Of a DNA stretch of 64,000 nt, positions 50,276-61,044 are shown one piece after another. Source of the stretch: Pseudohongiellaceae bacterium (GTDB lineage Bacteria > Pseudomonadota > Gammaproteobacteria > Pseudomonadales > Pseudohongiellaceae); NCBI GenBank assembly GCA_045565735.1, contig JBJLER010000061.1:110-64109 (forward strand), written 5' to 3'. The position numbers and the translations under genes were made by a program. Below the pieces are notes generated by a model. The model was not told the DNA's origin. It was given only the letters and a program-made list of their open reading frames with translations, and did no database searches. The stretch's first letter is position 1, and every line of letters begins with the position of its first letter.

Positions 50276-52639
50276 ATGAAAGCTTCAAGAATTCCCGGCG
50301 TCTCTGCTTTCATCGCCAGCGCGGTATTGCTTGGCTGTGCCCCAGAGGCAAATAATGAACTAACTGACCAAGCAGCTAATTTGGGGATTGAAGATTACCG
50401 GCGAGCAGAAGGATTTCTCTCTGCAAATACGGCGGGGCTAGTAAAAAATGACATTCTCGCTCAATATTGGCAGGAAGGGGACCAGTTAATTTACAGACGA
50501 TCTACCGCACTCGGTTCTGAGTTCATTGTTGCTAATCTTGTTGATCAATCCAAGCAAACGCTTTTTGATGGAGTTCAGCTTGCAGCGACTATCTCTCAAA
50601 TTACGAACCAGGAAGTAGATTCTAATGACCTAATTCTCACAAATTTAGAGATAGATGCAGACAATGAGCTGCTTTATTTTGATTTTCAAAATCGAAGTTA
50701 TCAGCACAACCTTTCCAATAAGGATTTACAAGAGTTAGCTGTAATCACACCGAACGAATTTTTATCACCCGATGGAAGTAAAGCTGCTTTTATTGAAGAG
50801 CACAATCTTTGGATAAGAAACACCAGCACGAACGAGCTAACTCAGCTCACATTTGATGGAATTGAGAACTACGGTTACGCAACGAATAACGCAGGTTGGT
50901 TACGAAGCGATGGGCCTGTTCTGCTCTGGTCGCCGGATTCCAACAAAATTGCGACCTTTAGACACGATGGCCGTCAGGTAGGTGAGATGTATCTCTATAC
51001 GACTCAGGTTGGTCATCCAGAACTGGATGCATGGAAGTATCCGCTACCGGGTGATGATCACATTTTTATGATAGAAAGAATTGTGATCCATCTGGATCCT
51101 GAGCCAAGAATTGTTCAGTTAAATATGCAACCTGACCCCCACAGGTCTACGACTAGCGACCATGTTGCTGGAAGAGGCGGTATCTTTCTTGATGTTGAAT
51201 GGAGTCACGATAGCAACGACCTTACTTTCGTTTCTTCAAGCAGAGATCACAAAATTGCCCAATTGCGCGTCGCCGATATTGAAACCGGCGAAGTACGGGA
51301 TGTCTTTACGGAGTCGGTAGAGACCTACTTTGAATCCGGGTTTAGTGATGAGAACTGGCGCGTGCTGCACGATAGCAATGAGTTTATTTGGTTCTCTGAA
51401 CAGGATAATTGGGCCCATCTCTATTTACATAATTTAGAAACTGGTGAACTTAAGCAGCGCATTACAACTGGGAACTGGAGTGTATTAGATGTAGAAAAAG
51501 TAGATGCATTGAATCGCAAACTCTACTTTACTGCTGCCAATCGCGAGCCTGGAAATCCATATTTCCATTATCTCTATCGAATAAATTTTGATGGATCGGA
51601 ATTAGAGCTATTAACGCCAGAACCCGCGCATCATATGATTACCTGGTCAAACTCAGGCGACTACTTTACTGACATTTACTCCACTCCGACTCAGTCAGCT
51701 AATGCCGTTCTACGAAATACCAATGGCAATGTGCTGATGGAGTTAGAAGAAACAGACATTTCTGCTCTGCTTGCATCAGGATGGGTTGAGCCTATTCCTT
51801 TCAGTGTAAAAGCTAGAGATCAGCAGACAGATTTATTTGGATTGATGTATAGACCGTCAAACTTCGACGCATCCGCGCACTACCCGGTGTTGAATTATCT
51901 TTACCCTGGCCCACAGAGTGGCAGTGTGGGCAGTCGTTCATTCCGTGCTTCTCGCAATGACAAGCAAGCAATTGCGGAACTTGGTTTCATCGTAGTTGAG
52001 GTAGATGCTATGGGGACGCCTGGCCGGTCCAAATCATTTCACGATGCTTACTATGGCAACATGGGTGACAATGGACTTCCAGATCAAGTTACGACCATTC
52101 GGCAATTAGCAGAGCGCCATCCTTATATGGATCTGGATAGAGTCGGTATCTGGGGTCATTCCGGAGGGGGGTTCGCTTCAACTGCAGGAATTCTTCGTTA
52201 CCCGGATTTTTATAAGGTGGCAGTGTCTGGAGCCGGGAATCATGACAATCGTAATTATGAAGACGATTGGGGAGAAAAATGGCAGGGATTGTTGGAAACC
52301 TATCTAGAAGCAAACCCTACAAGCAGTGGAAATAGTGCAGCAACTCTTTTTACTAACTACGACAATCAAGCAAATCAGTTACTGGCAGGCGAACTGCAAG
52401 GCAAGCTACTGCTTGCTCATGGCATGCTGGACACCAACGTACATCCTTCTGGTACCTTATTGGTTGTTGAAGCACTCATTGAAGCTGAAAAAGATTTCGA
52501 TCTAGTGATATTGCCAAATGCTGGACATGGTTTTGGCAACAGGCGCTATTTTATGAAACGTCGCTGGGATTACTTTGTGGAACATCTAACTGAATCAGAA
52601 CCGGTTGCGAAATTTAGATTCGCCGACAATATTCGATAG
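50276..52639 (+). CDS. Dipeptidyl-peptidase IV family serine peptidase (S9B)
   Basis: 787 aa. It has a signal/lipoprotein-like N-terminus (LLGC) and a DPP-IV beta-propeller region. The catalytic triad context is IWGHSGGGF (Ser), GMLDTNV (Asp) and NAGHGF (His). Confidence 0.88.
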   Translation: MKASRIPGVSAFIASAVLLGCAPEANNELTDQAANLGIEDYRRAEGFLSANTAGLVKNDILAQYWQEGDQLIYRRSTALGSEFIVANLVDQSKQTLFDGVQLAATISQITNQEVDSNDLILTNLEIDADNELLYFDFQNRSYQHNLSNKDLQELAVITPNEFLSPDGSKAAFIEEHNLWIRNTSTNELTQLTFDGIENYGYATNNAGWLRSDGPVLLWSPDSNKIATFRHDGRQVGEMYLYTTQVGHPELDAWKYPLPGDDHIFMIERIVIHLDPEPRIVQLNMQPDPHRSTTSDHVAGRGGIFLDVEWSHDSNDLTFVSSSRDHKIAQLRVADIETGEVRDVFTESVETYFESGFSDENWRVLHDSNEFIWFSEQDNWAHLYLHNLETGELKQRITTGNWSVLDVEKVDALNRKLYFTAANREPGNPYFHYLYRINFDGSELELLTPEPAHHMITWSNSGDYFTDIYSTPTQSANAVLRNTNGNVLMELEETDISALLASGWVEPIPFSVKARDQQTDLFGLMYRPSNFDASAHYPVLNYLYPGPQSGSVGSRSFRASRNDKQAIAELGFIVVEVDAMGTPGRSKSFHDAYYGNMGDNGLPDQVTTIRQLAERHPYMDLDRVGIWGHSGGGFASTAGILRYPDFYKVAVSGAGNHDNRNYEDDWGEKWQGLLETYLEANPTSSGNSAATLFTNYDNQANQLLAGELQGKLLLAHGMLDTNVHPSGTLLVVEALIEAEKDFDLVILPNAGHGFGNRRYFMKRRWDYFVEHLTESEPVAKFRFADNIR

Positions 52640-52674
52640 CTCCACCAATAAAAGAATAAATCCTTGGAGAATAA

Positions 52675-54099
52675 ATGGCAGAAATAGAAGCAGCCTTAGC
52701 CGCTTTCGCTAATTTCATGTGGGGATTACCCTTAGTGGTTCTCTTAGTAGGTGGCGGTTTATTCTTTATGGTGCATTCCCGATTGATGCACTTTCGCTAT
52801 CTAGGCCATGCCTATGATCTACTCCGTGGTAAATATAATACTCAGAGTGCAGAAGCCGCAGGTGATATTACTCACTACCGCGCACTGGCTACTGCGCTTG
52901 CTGGAACTATTGGCTTGGGAAATATTACCGGTGTTGCTGTAGCAATTACTGTGGGTGGGCCCGGCGCTGTTTTCTGGATGTGGGTAACAGCCCTGGTAGG
53001 CATCTCTACCAAGTTTTATACCGCCTCCCTTGCCATCATGTATCGCGGCAAAGATGATAATGGCAAGCTTCAGGGCGGACCGATGTATGTTATTCGCGAA
53101 GCACTGGGTAGAAAGTGGCTGCCGTTAGCGTGGATGTTTGCGATTGCTGGGATGTTTGGCACTTTGCCGGTGTTTCAAATCAACCAATTAGTACAAATTG
53201 TTCGAGACTTAATTGCAATTCCTGCAGGAGTTGCAACTGCTGACAATCATTTCACTTTTGATTTAATAATGGGAATCGCGCTGTCGATAATTCTTTTTTC
53301 AATAGCGGTTGGAAAAATTAAGCGGGTATCCGCCTTCGCCGCCAAGGCAGTTCCCACTATGGTGGTGTTTTACTTTGGCATTACATTAATGTTGTTGCTC
53401 AGTAATATCACCGAAATTCCAGTCATGTTTGTTTTGATAATCACAGACGCATTTACCGGCGACGCAGTTTCTGGAGGTGTGCTGGGAGCAGTGATCCTTG
53501 TTGGCGTGCAGCGAGGCGTATTTTCCAATGAAGCTGGTCTTGGAACTGAGTCTCTCGCCCATGGTGCAGCTAAAACCAATGAACCAACTCGAGAGGGCCT
53601 GGTAGCTATGATGGGACCAATCATCGATACCTTGATTATCTGCACTTGTACTGCGTTGGCCCTGCTCGTCACAGGTGTCTGGGAAGGAGATGCGATTGGT
53701 GTCACTTTAACCTCACAAGCTTATGAACAGGCGTTTCCAGGCTTCGGTGCTTATCTCGTGTTACTAATGGTTATTGTGTTAAGTACTACTACCGTGCTGA
53801 CCTATTCCTATTATGGCAGCAAGTGCATGGCCTTTTTATTTGGCACTAAAACGGAAAAGTACTATCTATACGGGTACATGGCGCTGGTAACTGCTGGCGC
53901 GGTTGCATCTCTCGATGCGGTAATCAGTTTATTTGATGGTGTTTACGCAACCATGGCGATACCAACAATGCTTTCAACAATTATTCTAGCGCCAAAAGTT
54001 CGGGAAGTAGCAAAAGACTATTTTGCCAGGCTCGGCAAAGGAGAATTTGAACAAACGCAAAATCAATCCGAATCACTTAGTACAGAGCAATCACTATGA
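52675..54099 (+). CDS. Alanine/glycine:cation symporter (AGCS) family transporter
   Basis: 474 aa, about 10-11 TM helices. LAGTIGLGNITGVAVAI and FSNEAGLGT motifs are typical of AGCS. Confidence 0.88.
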   Translation: MAEIEAALAAFANFMWGLPLVVLLVGGGLFFMVHSRLMHFRYLGHAYDLLRGKYNTQSAEAAGDITHYRALATALAGTIGLGNITGVAVAITVGGPGAVFWMWVTALVGISTKFYTASLAIMYRGKDDNGKLQGGPMYVIREALGRKWLPLAWMFAIAGMFGTLPVFQINQLVQIVRDLIAIPAGVATADNHFTFDLIMGIALSIILFSIAVGKIKRVSAFAAKAVPTMVVFYFGITLMLLLSNITEIPVMFVLIITDAFTGDAVSGGVLGAVILVGVQRGVFSNEAGLGTESLAHGAAKTNEPTREGLVAMMGPIIDTLIICTCTALALLVTGVWEGDAIGVTLTSQAYEQAFPGFGAYLVLLMVIVLSTTTVLTYSYYGSKCMAFLFGTKTEKYYLYGYMALVTAGAVASLDAVISLFDGVYATMAIPTMLSTIILAPKVREVAKDYFARLGKGEFEQTQNQSESLSTEQSL

Positions 54100-54569
54100 A
54101 AAAATTAATCCTCAGTTTTTATGTGTTGGCGATATCTACAGCATTTGCGCAATCAATCAGCTCTGAATTGCAAGCTATTAATGAAGTTCTCGATGCTTAT
54201 CATGAAGCAGCTTCGAGGAGTGACTGGGACAATTATTTCGCTTTAATGAGTGACGATGGTGTGTTCTTAGGTACAGATGCAGCAGAACGCTGGCCAAAAG
54301 AGGTTTTTAGAGAATATGCCGGTGATCGGAGCGGATGGGTTTACCACCCCATGGATCGCCATGTAAATTTAACGCCGGACGGAAACTCAGCCTGGTTTGA
54401 TGAAATTCTGGATAGTGAAAGCTACGGCACAAGTAGGGGCACTGGCGTGCTGATTAAAACTCGAGAAGGTTGGAAGATTTCTCAGTATCACTTAACTTTT
54501 CCTATTCCAAATGAATTGGCGCGAGAAATGACAGACGCTATAAAAGAATTTGAAGCAGGAGATAATTAA
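54096..54569 (+). CDS. Secreted SnoaL-like / NTF2-fold (DUF4440-type) protein
   Basis: Signal peptide MKKLILSFYVLAISTAFAQS. The roughly 135-aa mature domain has an NTF2-like pattern. It overlaps the symporter gene by 4 nt (ATGA). Confidence 0.6.
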   Translation: MKKLILSFYVLAISTAFAQSISSELQAINEVLDAYHEAASRSDWDNYFALMSDDGVFLGTDAAERWPKEVFREYAGDRSGWVYHPMDRHVNLTPDGNSAWFDEILDSESYGTSRGTGVLIKTREGWKISQYHLTFPIPNELAREMTDAIKEFEAGDN

Positions 54570-54926
54570 TTAGTGGATAGTTTGCTCTGGTTTCGGCAGA
54601 TCTTCGCTTGAATGTGCGCTGACTGCAGGTTCTTCCTGAGAAACATAGGAGCGACTGCTGACCGGGCTGTCTAAATACTTTCCAAGTTTATTTAAAAATT
54701 CTGCCATATGATCTGTTTGATAATGTTCTTGCAGACAATCAGCGTTTTCCCACTCCTGCAAAAGAATGATCTGATAGGGGTCTGTTACCCCTTCATAATA
54801 TTCGTAGCTTATGCAGCCGTGTTCCTGGCGGCAAAGGCGAACCATGCTCTTCATTAATCGAATAACTTCGTCTTTGTTTTCGGAATCTAACTGAAATGTG
54901 CTTTGCACCATTATCATGTCAGTCAT
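54570..54926 (-). CDS. Antibiotic-biosynthesis-monooxygenase (ABM) domain protein
   Basis: 118 aa. The ferredoxin-like ABM pattern is present (GCISYEYYEG...LLQEWEN...HYQTDH). Confidence 0.7.
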   Translation of the reverse strand: MTDMIMVQSTFQLDSENKDEVIRLMKSMVRLCRQEHGCISYEYYEGVTDPYQIILLQEWENADCLQEHYQTDHMAEFLNKLGKYLDSPVSSRSYVSQEEPAVSAHSSEDLPKPEQTIH

Positions 54927-55092
54927 AGCCCCTATTGAGTTACCTTCATTATACGCGGTCTGAGCTTAAAAACAGCCTAACGAGACTAATTGTCACAAGC
55001 CGGGTAAATTTGGTTGAGAGGCTTGTCTCCTTTGCCTTTCCAAGCTCAAGGAGCCGCCACTCAGCTATGCATTTATATGGCAATGAATGTCA

Positions 55093-55386
55093 TCAATTAC
55101 CGATTACGGTTTGCAGTTCGTCAGAGAGTTGACGTACATCTTCTCGTGCTTGTTCTGCTAAACGTTCTCGCTGTGCCACAGTCATACAAACAAACTGTGG
55201 AATATTCGATCCAACTACTCGCTCACGGGTGCAAACTAATCTATTACTTGCGGCTGAAACAGTTGCGTTATAGGCATTAACATCAGCCTGAGAACGAATT
55301 CGCGGTATGCCATCATTTGGTGACGTTAAGGCTTCACAGCCTGTTAAAATTCCAATTAATCCTAGCGCGCAAAGAATTTTCTCCAT
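55093..55386 (-). CDS. Hypothetical small lipoprotein
   Basis: Lipobox LTGC at residues 14-17 after a hydrophobic signal. 97 aa. Family not recognised. Confidence 0.6.
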   Translation of the reverse strand: MEKILCALGLIGILTGCEALTSPNDGIPRIRSQADVNAYNATVSAASNRLVCTRERVVGSNIPQFVCMTVAQRERLAEQAREDVRQLSDELQTVIGN

Positions 55387-55502
55387 TGTAACTTCCTCGA
55401 TAGTGTAGATTGCTAGAGCTTGAGATCACTTAGCTATTCGTTTTGTGGACCACTCCGGCCCACCATTTTCTTTGGGTTAGAACTGCTACTTCCATTGCTA
55501 TC

Positions 55503-56630
55503 TTAGATTGCTCCCGCCACTTTTAGCTCTTCAATTTTATCAACATCAAAACCCCATTTTGTGAGTACTTCATCGGTGTGTTCTCCGGCGAGCGCAGAAG
55601 AAGATTGAATCTCGCCTTGAGTGCGACTGAATCTGGGCGCAGGAGCGGGTTGGGTTACTCCTTCAAAATCCACATATGTATTTCTGGCTTTGTTATGTGG
55701 GTGGTTTGGCGCTTCTACTAAATCTAGCACTGGTGCGAAACAAACATCGGTACCTTCCATAATCTCGCACCATTCGTCCCGTGTCTTTGTTTTAAAAATG
55801 CATTCCATCTTAGCTCTCTTTTTCGGCCAAGCGTCCTGATCCAGTTGTTCTTCAAAAGATTCATCGGTGATTTTGCATTTCTCCAAAAGAAGTGCGTAAA
55901 ACTGAGGTTCGAGGGAACCTACGGAAATATATTTTCCGTCCTTACATTCGTAGCTACCGTAGTAATAAGCAGCCCCGTCTAGGCGATTGGAATAACGATC
56001 AGTGGTCCACATGTCCATGTCAATCAAGCCGAAAAATGGACTTAATAAACTGGCAGTGCCGTCAGTCATTGCTGCATCGATAACCTGGCCTTTTCCAGAA
56101 GTGTTTCTTTCAACCAAGGCAGCAAGAATTCCAGTAAGCAAATACATCGCCCCTCCGCCGAAGTCGCCAACAAGATTGAGGGGAGGTGCTGGTGGGCGAT
56201 CCGCATATCCCATTGCGCCTAAAGCTCCGGCAATGGAAATATAATTGATATCATGACCTGCAGCTTGCGAGAGAGGTCCTTCCTGGCCCCAGCCAGTCAT
56301 GCGACCAAATACAAGTCGGGGATTTCTTGCTAAGCAAACCTCAGGGCCTAGACCAAGGCGTTCCATCACACCCGGCCTGAATCCTTCAACTAATACATCA
56401 GCCTGATCAATTAATTCCAGCGTTGTTTCGACTCCTTTAGGATTTTTCAGATCCACCGCGATGGACTTTCGTCCGCGGTACAAGACATTGCTGCGGTGGC
56501 CACTGCCTTTCTGATTAAGGCGATCGATTCGAATAACTTCCGCTCCCATATCCGATAGCATCATTGAGCAAAACGGACCGGGTCCGATTGCCGCCATCTC
56601 AACTACTTTTATTCCAGACAGAGGTCCCAT
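55503..56630 (-). CDS. Alpha-methylacyl-CoA racemase-like family III CoA-transferase
   Basis: MGPLSGIKVVEMAAIGPGPFCSMMLSDMGAEVIRIDR closely parallels the AMACR/Mcr N-terminus (GPLSGLRVVELAGIGPGPH..DLGADVVRIDR). 375 aa. Confidence 0.8.
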   Translation of the reverse strand: MGPLSGIKVVEMAAIGPGPFCSMMLSDMGAEVIRIDRLNQKGSGHRSNVLYRGRKSIAVDLKNPKGVETTLELIDQADVLVEGFRPGVMERLGLGPEVCLARNPRLVFGRMTGWGQEGPLSQAAGHDINYISIAGALGAMGYADRPPAPPLNLVGDFGGGAMYLLTGILAALVERNTSGKGQVIDAAMTDGTASLLSPFFGLIDMDMWTTDRYSNRLDGAAYYYGSYECKDGKYISVGSLEPQFYALLLEKCKITDESFEEQLDQDAWPKKRAKMECIFKTKTRDEWCEIMEGTDVCFAPVLDLVEAPNHPHNKARNTYVDFEGVTQPAPAPRFSRTQGEIQSSSALAGEHTDEVLTKWGFDVDKIEELKVAGAI

Positions 56631-56816
56631 CTCTCTTCCTTAGCAAAATCTACATCGACCACGAATGATATGGGATCAAAACTTGAAAATATAGGGGAAA
56701 TCAGACATTTAGCTGAACTAGAGATATCTATTCGGCAGTGAGCTGATTCACTTTTAAAGATGGATAGATTATCCTTTTGCGTCCAAAATTTAGACTCGGG
56801 GTGGAACGAATAAGTC

Positions 56817-57587
56817 ATGGATTTAGAAAACAAGACTGCTTTTATAACCGGCGGTGCTTCCGGTCTTGGTCTGGCGACAGCCAGAAACTTTGTCGCAGCA
56901 GGTGCGAACGTTTTTTTATACGATTTAAACGAAGAAGCGTTGGCAAAAGCAGCCGAAGAATTTGGAAATAAAGCAAAATACCAATCGGGTGATGTTGCCG
57001 ATGAGGCATCAGTGAAACAGGCGATTACCTCAGCTACTGAAAGTTTTGGTTCCATTCACATCAATGTTAATTCAGCCGGTATTGGTGGAGCGGCTAGAAC
57101 AGTTGGTAAAAATGGCCCAATGCCACTGGAGAAGTTTGAACATATTGTTCGAGTGAATCTTATTGGTACGTTTAATGTTTTAAGGCTTTGCGCAGAAGTC
57201 ATGCAAACCAATGAGCCACAAACTGAAGATCGGGAACGAGGTGTCATTGTAAATGTTGCATCCATTGCAGCATTCGATGGCCAGACGGGCCAGGCAGGTT
57301 ACGCTGCGAGTAAGGGCGGTATAGTCGCGATGACTTTACCGATAGCAAGAGACTTAGCAAAGCGCGGAGTTCGTATAATGACAATAGCGCCAGGTGTCTT
57401 TGAAACACCGCTATTAGCTTCGGCGCCAGATGAAGTTAAAGAACCACTAATTGCAATTACTCAATTTCCTAAGCGGCTTGGTCATCCGGACGAATTCGCG
57501 GAGGAAGTAGCGCACATTGTTAATTGCAGTTATTTAAATGGCGAAGTGATTAGGCTAGATGCTGGTATTCGAATGCCAGCTATTTAG
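56817..57587 (+). CDS. 3-hydroxyacyl-CoA dehydrogenase type 2-like SDR (3-hydroxy-2-methylbutyryl-CoA dehydrogenase-like)
   Basis: TGGASGLGLATA motif and catalytic YAASKGGIV. The length and pattern resemble HSD17B10/FadB2x-type SDRs. Confidence 0.78.
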   Translation: MDLENKTAFITGGASGLGLATARNFVAAGANVFLYDLNEEALAKAAEEFGNKAKYQSGDVADEASVKQAITSATESFGSIHINVNSAGIGGAARTVGKNGPMPLEKFEHIVRVNLIGTFNVLRLCAEVMQTNEPQTEDRERGVIVNVASIAAFDGQTGQAGYAASKGGIVAMTLPIARDLAKRGVRIMTIAPGVFETPLLASAPDEVKEPLIAITQFPKRLGHPDEFAEEVAHIVNCSYLNGEVIRLDAGIRMPAI

Positions 57588-57700
57588 GAATAAGCAATTT
57601 TCTATTCGATAATCATAAACTATTTAGAAATGAAAAGACCGCAGCACGATATTTAAATTTTGCTCCGGAGTAAACATAGATTTACAGAGGAATCAACCAA

Positions 57701-58888
57701 ATGGCAGACGCATACATCGTCGGAGCGGTCAGAACCGCAACCGGCAGAAAAAAAGGAAGACTCAGCGACATACATCCAGTAGATATGGGCGCTGTGGTGG
57801 TAGATGAGCTGGTTGATAGAACTGGTATTCCCACCGATAAGGTAGATGACGTAATTTTTGGTGTGGTTTCGCAAATTGGTTCCCAAGCCAATAACTTGGG
57901 TCGCAACGTAGCCATGTCTTCCAGGCTTGATCTGGAAGTACCAGGTACTACGGTTGATCGTCAATGTGGTTCTTCTTTGCAGGCGATTCAGTTTGGCGCA
58001 CAGGCGGTTATGTCCGGAACTCAGGATGTAATCATCTGTGGTGGCGTTGAAGCAATGAGTACTGTTGAAATTGGATCCAATATCCGCGATGGACTTGAAC
58101 ATGGTCGTGGTATACCAAAGGGTGAGCGTCTCGAAATGCAATACCCTGGTATTCAGTTTTCACAATTCGACGGTGCTGAATTACTTGCTGAGAAATATGA
58201 TATAACACGGGACGACCTGGATGCCTTCGGCTTACTCAGTCATGAGCGTGCAGCTCATGCAACCGAGAGTGGCTATTTTAAAGACGAAGTAGTGCCACTA
58301 AACATCAAGCTCGAAGATGGAAGTGCAGATGTCCACGATATCGATGAAGGGATTCGTCCAGAAGCGTCGCTAGAAGCTATGCAGGGATTAAATTCTCTAC
58401 GCGAGGGTGGCGTTATTACTGCAGGTACAGCGAGTCAGATTAGCGACGGTGCTGCTGCAATAATGGTTGCCAACGAAGATGCGGTGAAAAAATTCAACTT
58501 GCCGGTACGCGCTAAGATTCATTCATTGGCGGTTATCGGTTCAGATCCAGTAATCATGTTGGAGGGGCCAATACCTGCGACGCAAAAAGCGTTGGAGAAA
58601 GCAGGCCTCTCTATCGATGACATCGATCTATTCGAAGTTAATGAAGCATTCGGTTCGGTACCTTTAGCCTGGGCTAAAGCTCTAAATGCAGATCAGGAAA
58701 AACTTAATGTCAACGGTGGAGCACAAGCACTTGGCCATCCGCTTGGTGGGACTGGAGCTAAACTAATGACTACTCTAGTGCATGAGTTAGAGCGCAGAGA
58801 GGCTCAGTACGGACTAGTTGCAATCTGTGAAGGTGGCGGTACTGCAAACGCCATGATTATTGAACGCATGAGCGAGTTACCGGCCTAA
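57701..58888 (+). CDS. Acetyl-CoA C-acyltransferase (thiolase)
   Basis: [11 protein letters not shown] active-site Cys, [14 protein letters not shown] and [10 protein letters not shown]-terminal motifs. Confidence 0.92.
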   Translation: MADAYIVGAVRTATGRKKGRLSDIHPVDMGAVVVDELVDRTGIPTDKVDDVIFGVVSQIGSQANNLGRNVAMSSRLDLEVPGTTVDRQCGSSLQAIQFGAQAVMSGTQDVIICGGVEAMSTVEIGSNIRDGLEHGRGIPKGERLEMQYPGIQFSQFDGAELLAEKYDITRDDLDAFGLLSHERAAHATESGYFKDEVVPLNIKLEDGSADVHDIDEGIRPEASLEAMQGLNSLREGGVITAGTASQISDGAAAIMVANEDAVKKFNLPVRAKIHSLAVIGSDPVIMLEGPIPATQKALEKAGLSIDDIDLFEVNEAFGSVPLAWAKALNADQEKLNVNGGAQALGHPLGGTGAKLMTTLVHELERREAQYGLVAICEGGGTANAMIIERMSELPA

Positions 58889-58905
58889 GAAGAGGACGCA
58901 TAGTT

Positions 58906-60069
58906 ATGTTACTAGATAGTTATCAGTCACCATGGATGGATGAAGAGCTCAGCATCATGCGTGATGCTGTGCGTAAATTCATTGAGAAAGAGTTTTCGCC
59001 AGTTGTGAAGAAGTGGGAAAAGCAGGGATATGTGGACCGTGATGTCTGGTTAAAGGCTGGTGAATCCGGATTGCTGTGTGCTTCCATTCCCGAACAATGG
59101 GGCGGCGGTGGCGGAAATTTCAAACATGAAATGGTTCTAGTTGAAGAGATGGCCTACGCTCACATTACCGGATTCGGTAACGGTGTGCATTCTGGCATTT
59201 GCGCGCATTACATAAATTCTTATGGCACCGAAGAACAAAAGAAAAAATGGCTACCCAAAATGGCATCCGGTGAGATGGTGGCCGCCATTGCAATGTCAGA
59301 ACCAGGAACTGGTTCAGATCTACAAGGTGTAAAAACCACGGCTATAAAAGATGGTGATAACTATCGACTAAGTGGGCAGAAGACTTTCATTACCAATGGT
59401 ATAACAGCCAATTTGATCTGTGTTGTTGCGAAGACTGATCCATCGGAAGGCGGGAAAGGCATCTCTCTTGTGATGGTTGAGACTGACGGTGCAGAAGGTG
59501 AGGGCGGATTCACACGTGGCCGAAATCTTGAAAAATTGGGGATGAAAGCCCAGGATACGGCGGAACTTTTCTTTGATGATGTTGAAGTCCCAGCGGAAAA
59601 CTTATTAGGAACTTCTGAGGGTAAAGGCTTTATTCAGTTAATGGAGCAGCTACCTCAGGAGCGATTAATTATTGCCGCTGGAGCTTGTGCAGCAATTGAA
59701 AGCGCATTAAGAATCACTTCCGAATATGTGAAAGAAAGAAAAGCCTTCGGCAAACGTATACTCGATTTTCAGAATACTCAGTTCAAACTGGCGGAAAGAT
59801 TTACCGAAGCAAAACTCGCCCGTACCTTTGTCGATCAATGTGCCATGCAGTTAGCGGAAGGCAAATTAGATGATGCTACTGCGGCAATGGCTAAATGGTG
59901 GACGACGCAAAAGCAGTGCGAAATCGTCGATGAGTGTCTGCAGTTTTTCGGTGGTTATGGCTATATGATGGAATATCCAATTGCCAAGATGTATGCCGAC
60001 AGCCGCGTACAAAAGATTTACGGCGGCAGCAACGAAATAATGAAGCTGCTTATCGCGAGAGAAATTTAG
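58906..60069 (+). CDS. Acyl-CoA dehydrogenase
   Basis: AMSEPGTGSDL, the FITNG motif and C-terminal QFFGGYGYMMEYPIAKMYADSRVQKIYGGSNEI. Confidence 0.92.
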   Translation: MLLDSYQSPWMDEELSIMRDAVRKFIEKEFSPVVKKWEKQGYVDRDVWLKAGESGLLCASIPEQWGGGGGNFKHEMVLVEEMAYAHITGFGNGVHSGICAHYINSYGTEEQKKKWLPKMASGEMVAAIAMSEPGTGSDLQGVKTTAIKDGDNYRLSGQKTFITNGITANLICVVAKTDPSEGGKGISLVMVETDGAEGEGGFTRGRNLEKLGMKAQDTAELFFDDVEVPAENLLGTSEGKGFIQLMEQLPQERLIIAAGACAAIESALRITSEYVKERKAFGKRILDFQNTQFKLAERFTEAKLARTFVDQCAMQLAEGKLDDATAAMAKWWTTQKQCEIVDECLQFFGGYGYMMEYPIAKMYADSRVQKIYGGSNEIMKLLIAREI

Positions 60070-60078
60070 TTCTAGAGG

Positions 60079-61044
60079 CTAGCGAAAGAATCCGGTTTGA
60101 TTCGCTACACAGCGAAAACCAGTGTGATTGGTGCTGGATGATGGCTCAGCGGGCATGCGAGCACTGACTCTGAAACCACTGCAATAGTTTTCACTGCATA
60201 GAAAAGAACCACCTCGAATTGATCGCTTGGGAAGGGTTGGCTCATTAGGATCCAGACTTTCCGATATAGACACTCCGATAGGGTTTCTTAGTGGGCTGTA
60301 TGAGTAGTAGTTGGGGTGGTACCAATCAGAAACCCATTCCCAAACATTGCCAGTGATGTCATAGAGCCCGTAATCGTTTGGAGGAAAGCTTCCAACGGGA
60401 GCGGTGTTGGCATGTCCGTCTGAGTTCTCATTATGATACGGAAAGGTTCCCTGCCAATGATTAGTCATTGCTTCATGCCGATGGCGTGGTTGTGATCCCC
60501 AACTGTAAATTTCTCCGTCAAGACCACCTCTTGCCGCATATTCAAATTGCGCTTCTGTGGGCAGTTCTTTGTCTAACCAGTTGCAATAAGCGGAAGCATC
60601 GTCATAAGTAACATGAACCACTGGATGATTCTCTTTTCTTTCGATTGAATCTTGCGCACCTTCAGGATGTTGCCAATCAGCGTTAGCTACCAGCCGCCAC
60701 CAAGACATTGGTCGAACAGGTTCTCCGGGCGTTAGGGAAGGCGATTCGAAGACCAGGGAGTCTTTCACTTCTTCGGAATAAGTTTCGTAGCCTGTTTCGG
60801 CAACGAATTTAATAAAGTCGGCATTGGTCACTTCGTATTTATCGACCCAAAATCCATTTAAGCGAACTTCGTGAGCTGGTCTTTCGTCCGGGAGGCCCTG
60901 GTCCGAACCCATGATAAAGGAGCCGCTTTCTATCCAGATCATACCTTCTGGGGTTTCTGTAGGTTCGACCAAAATCTGGGTATCGATTACAAAAATTGCG
61001 CCTATAAAACCCAGGCCACCTGCTAACTGCTTCCAATTACTCAT
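60079..61044 (-). CDS. Formylglycine-generating enzyme (FGE/SUMF1) family protein
   Basis: N-terminal anchor/signal, the FGE-sulfatase domain (YEVTNADF, NVWEWVSDWY) and the active-site Cys pair RGGSFLCSENYCSGFR. Confidence 0.85.
   Translation of the reverse strand: MSNWKQLAGGLGFIGAIFVIDTQILVEPTETPEGMIWIESGSFIMGSDQGLPDERPAHEVRLNGFWVDKYEVTNADFIKFVAETGYETYSEEVKDSLVFESPSLTPGEPVRPMSWWRLVANADWQHPEGAQDSIERKENHPVVHVTYDDASAYCNWLDKELPTEAQFEYAARGGLDGEIYSWGSQPRHRHEAMTNHWQGTFPYHNENSDGHANTAPVGSFPPNDYGLYDITGNVWEWVSDWYHPNYYSYSPLRNPIGVSISESLDPNEPTLPKRSIRGGSFLCSENYCSGFRVSARMPAEPSSSTNHTGFRCVANQTGFFR

Noticed and set aside
52640-52674. Glycine or other riboswitch ahead of the alanine/glycine symporter, and a purine riboswitch ahead of the PurC-like gene (49023-49136).
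   Set aside because: The symporter leader is only 35 nt. The region upstream of the PurC-like gene shows none of the conserved purine-riboswitch junction sequence and is occupied by the decayed gene.
54567-54572. Convergent SnoaL-like and ABM genes with abutting stop codons (TAA|TTA) and no intergenic space.
   Set aside because: This is real, but it is common in compact genomes. There is no additional structure to suggest a specific mechanism.
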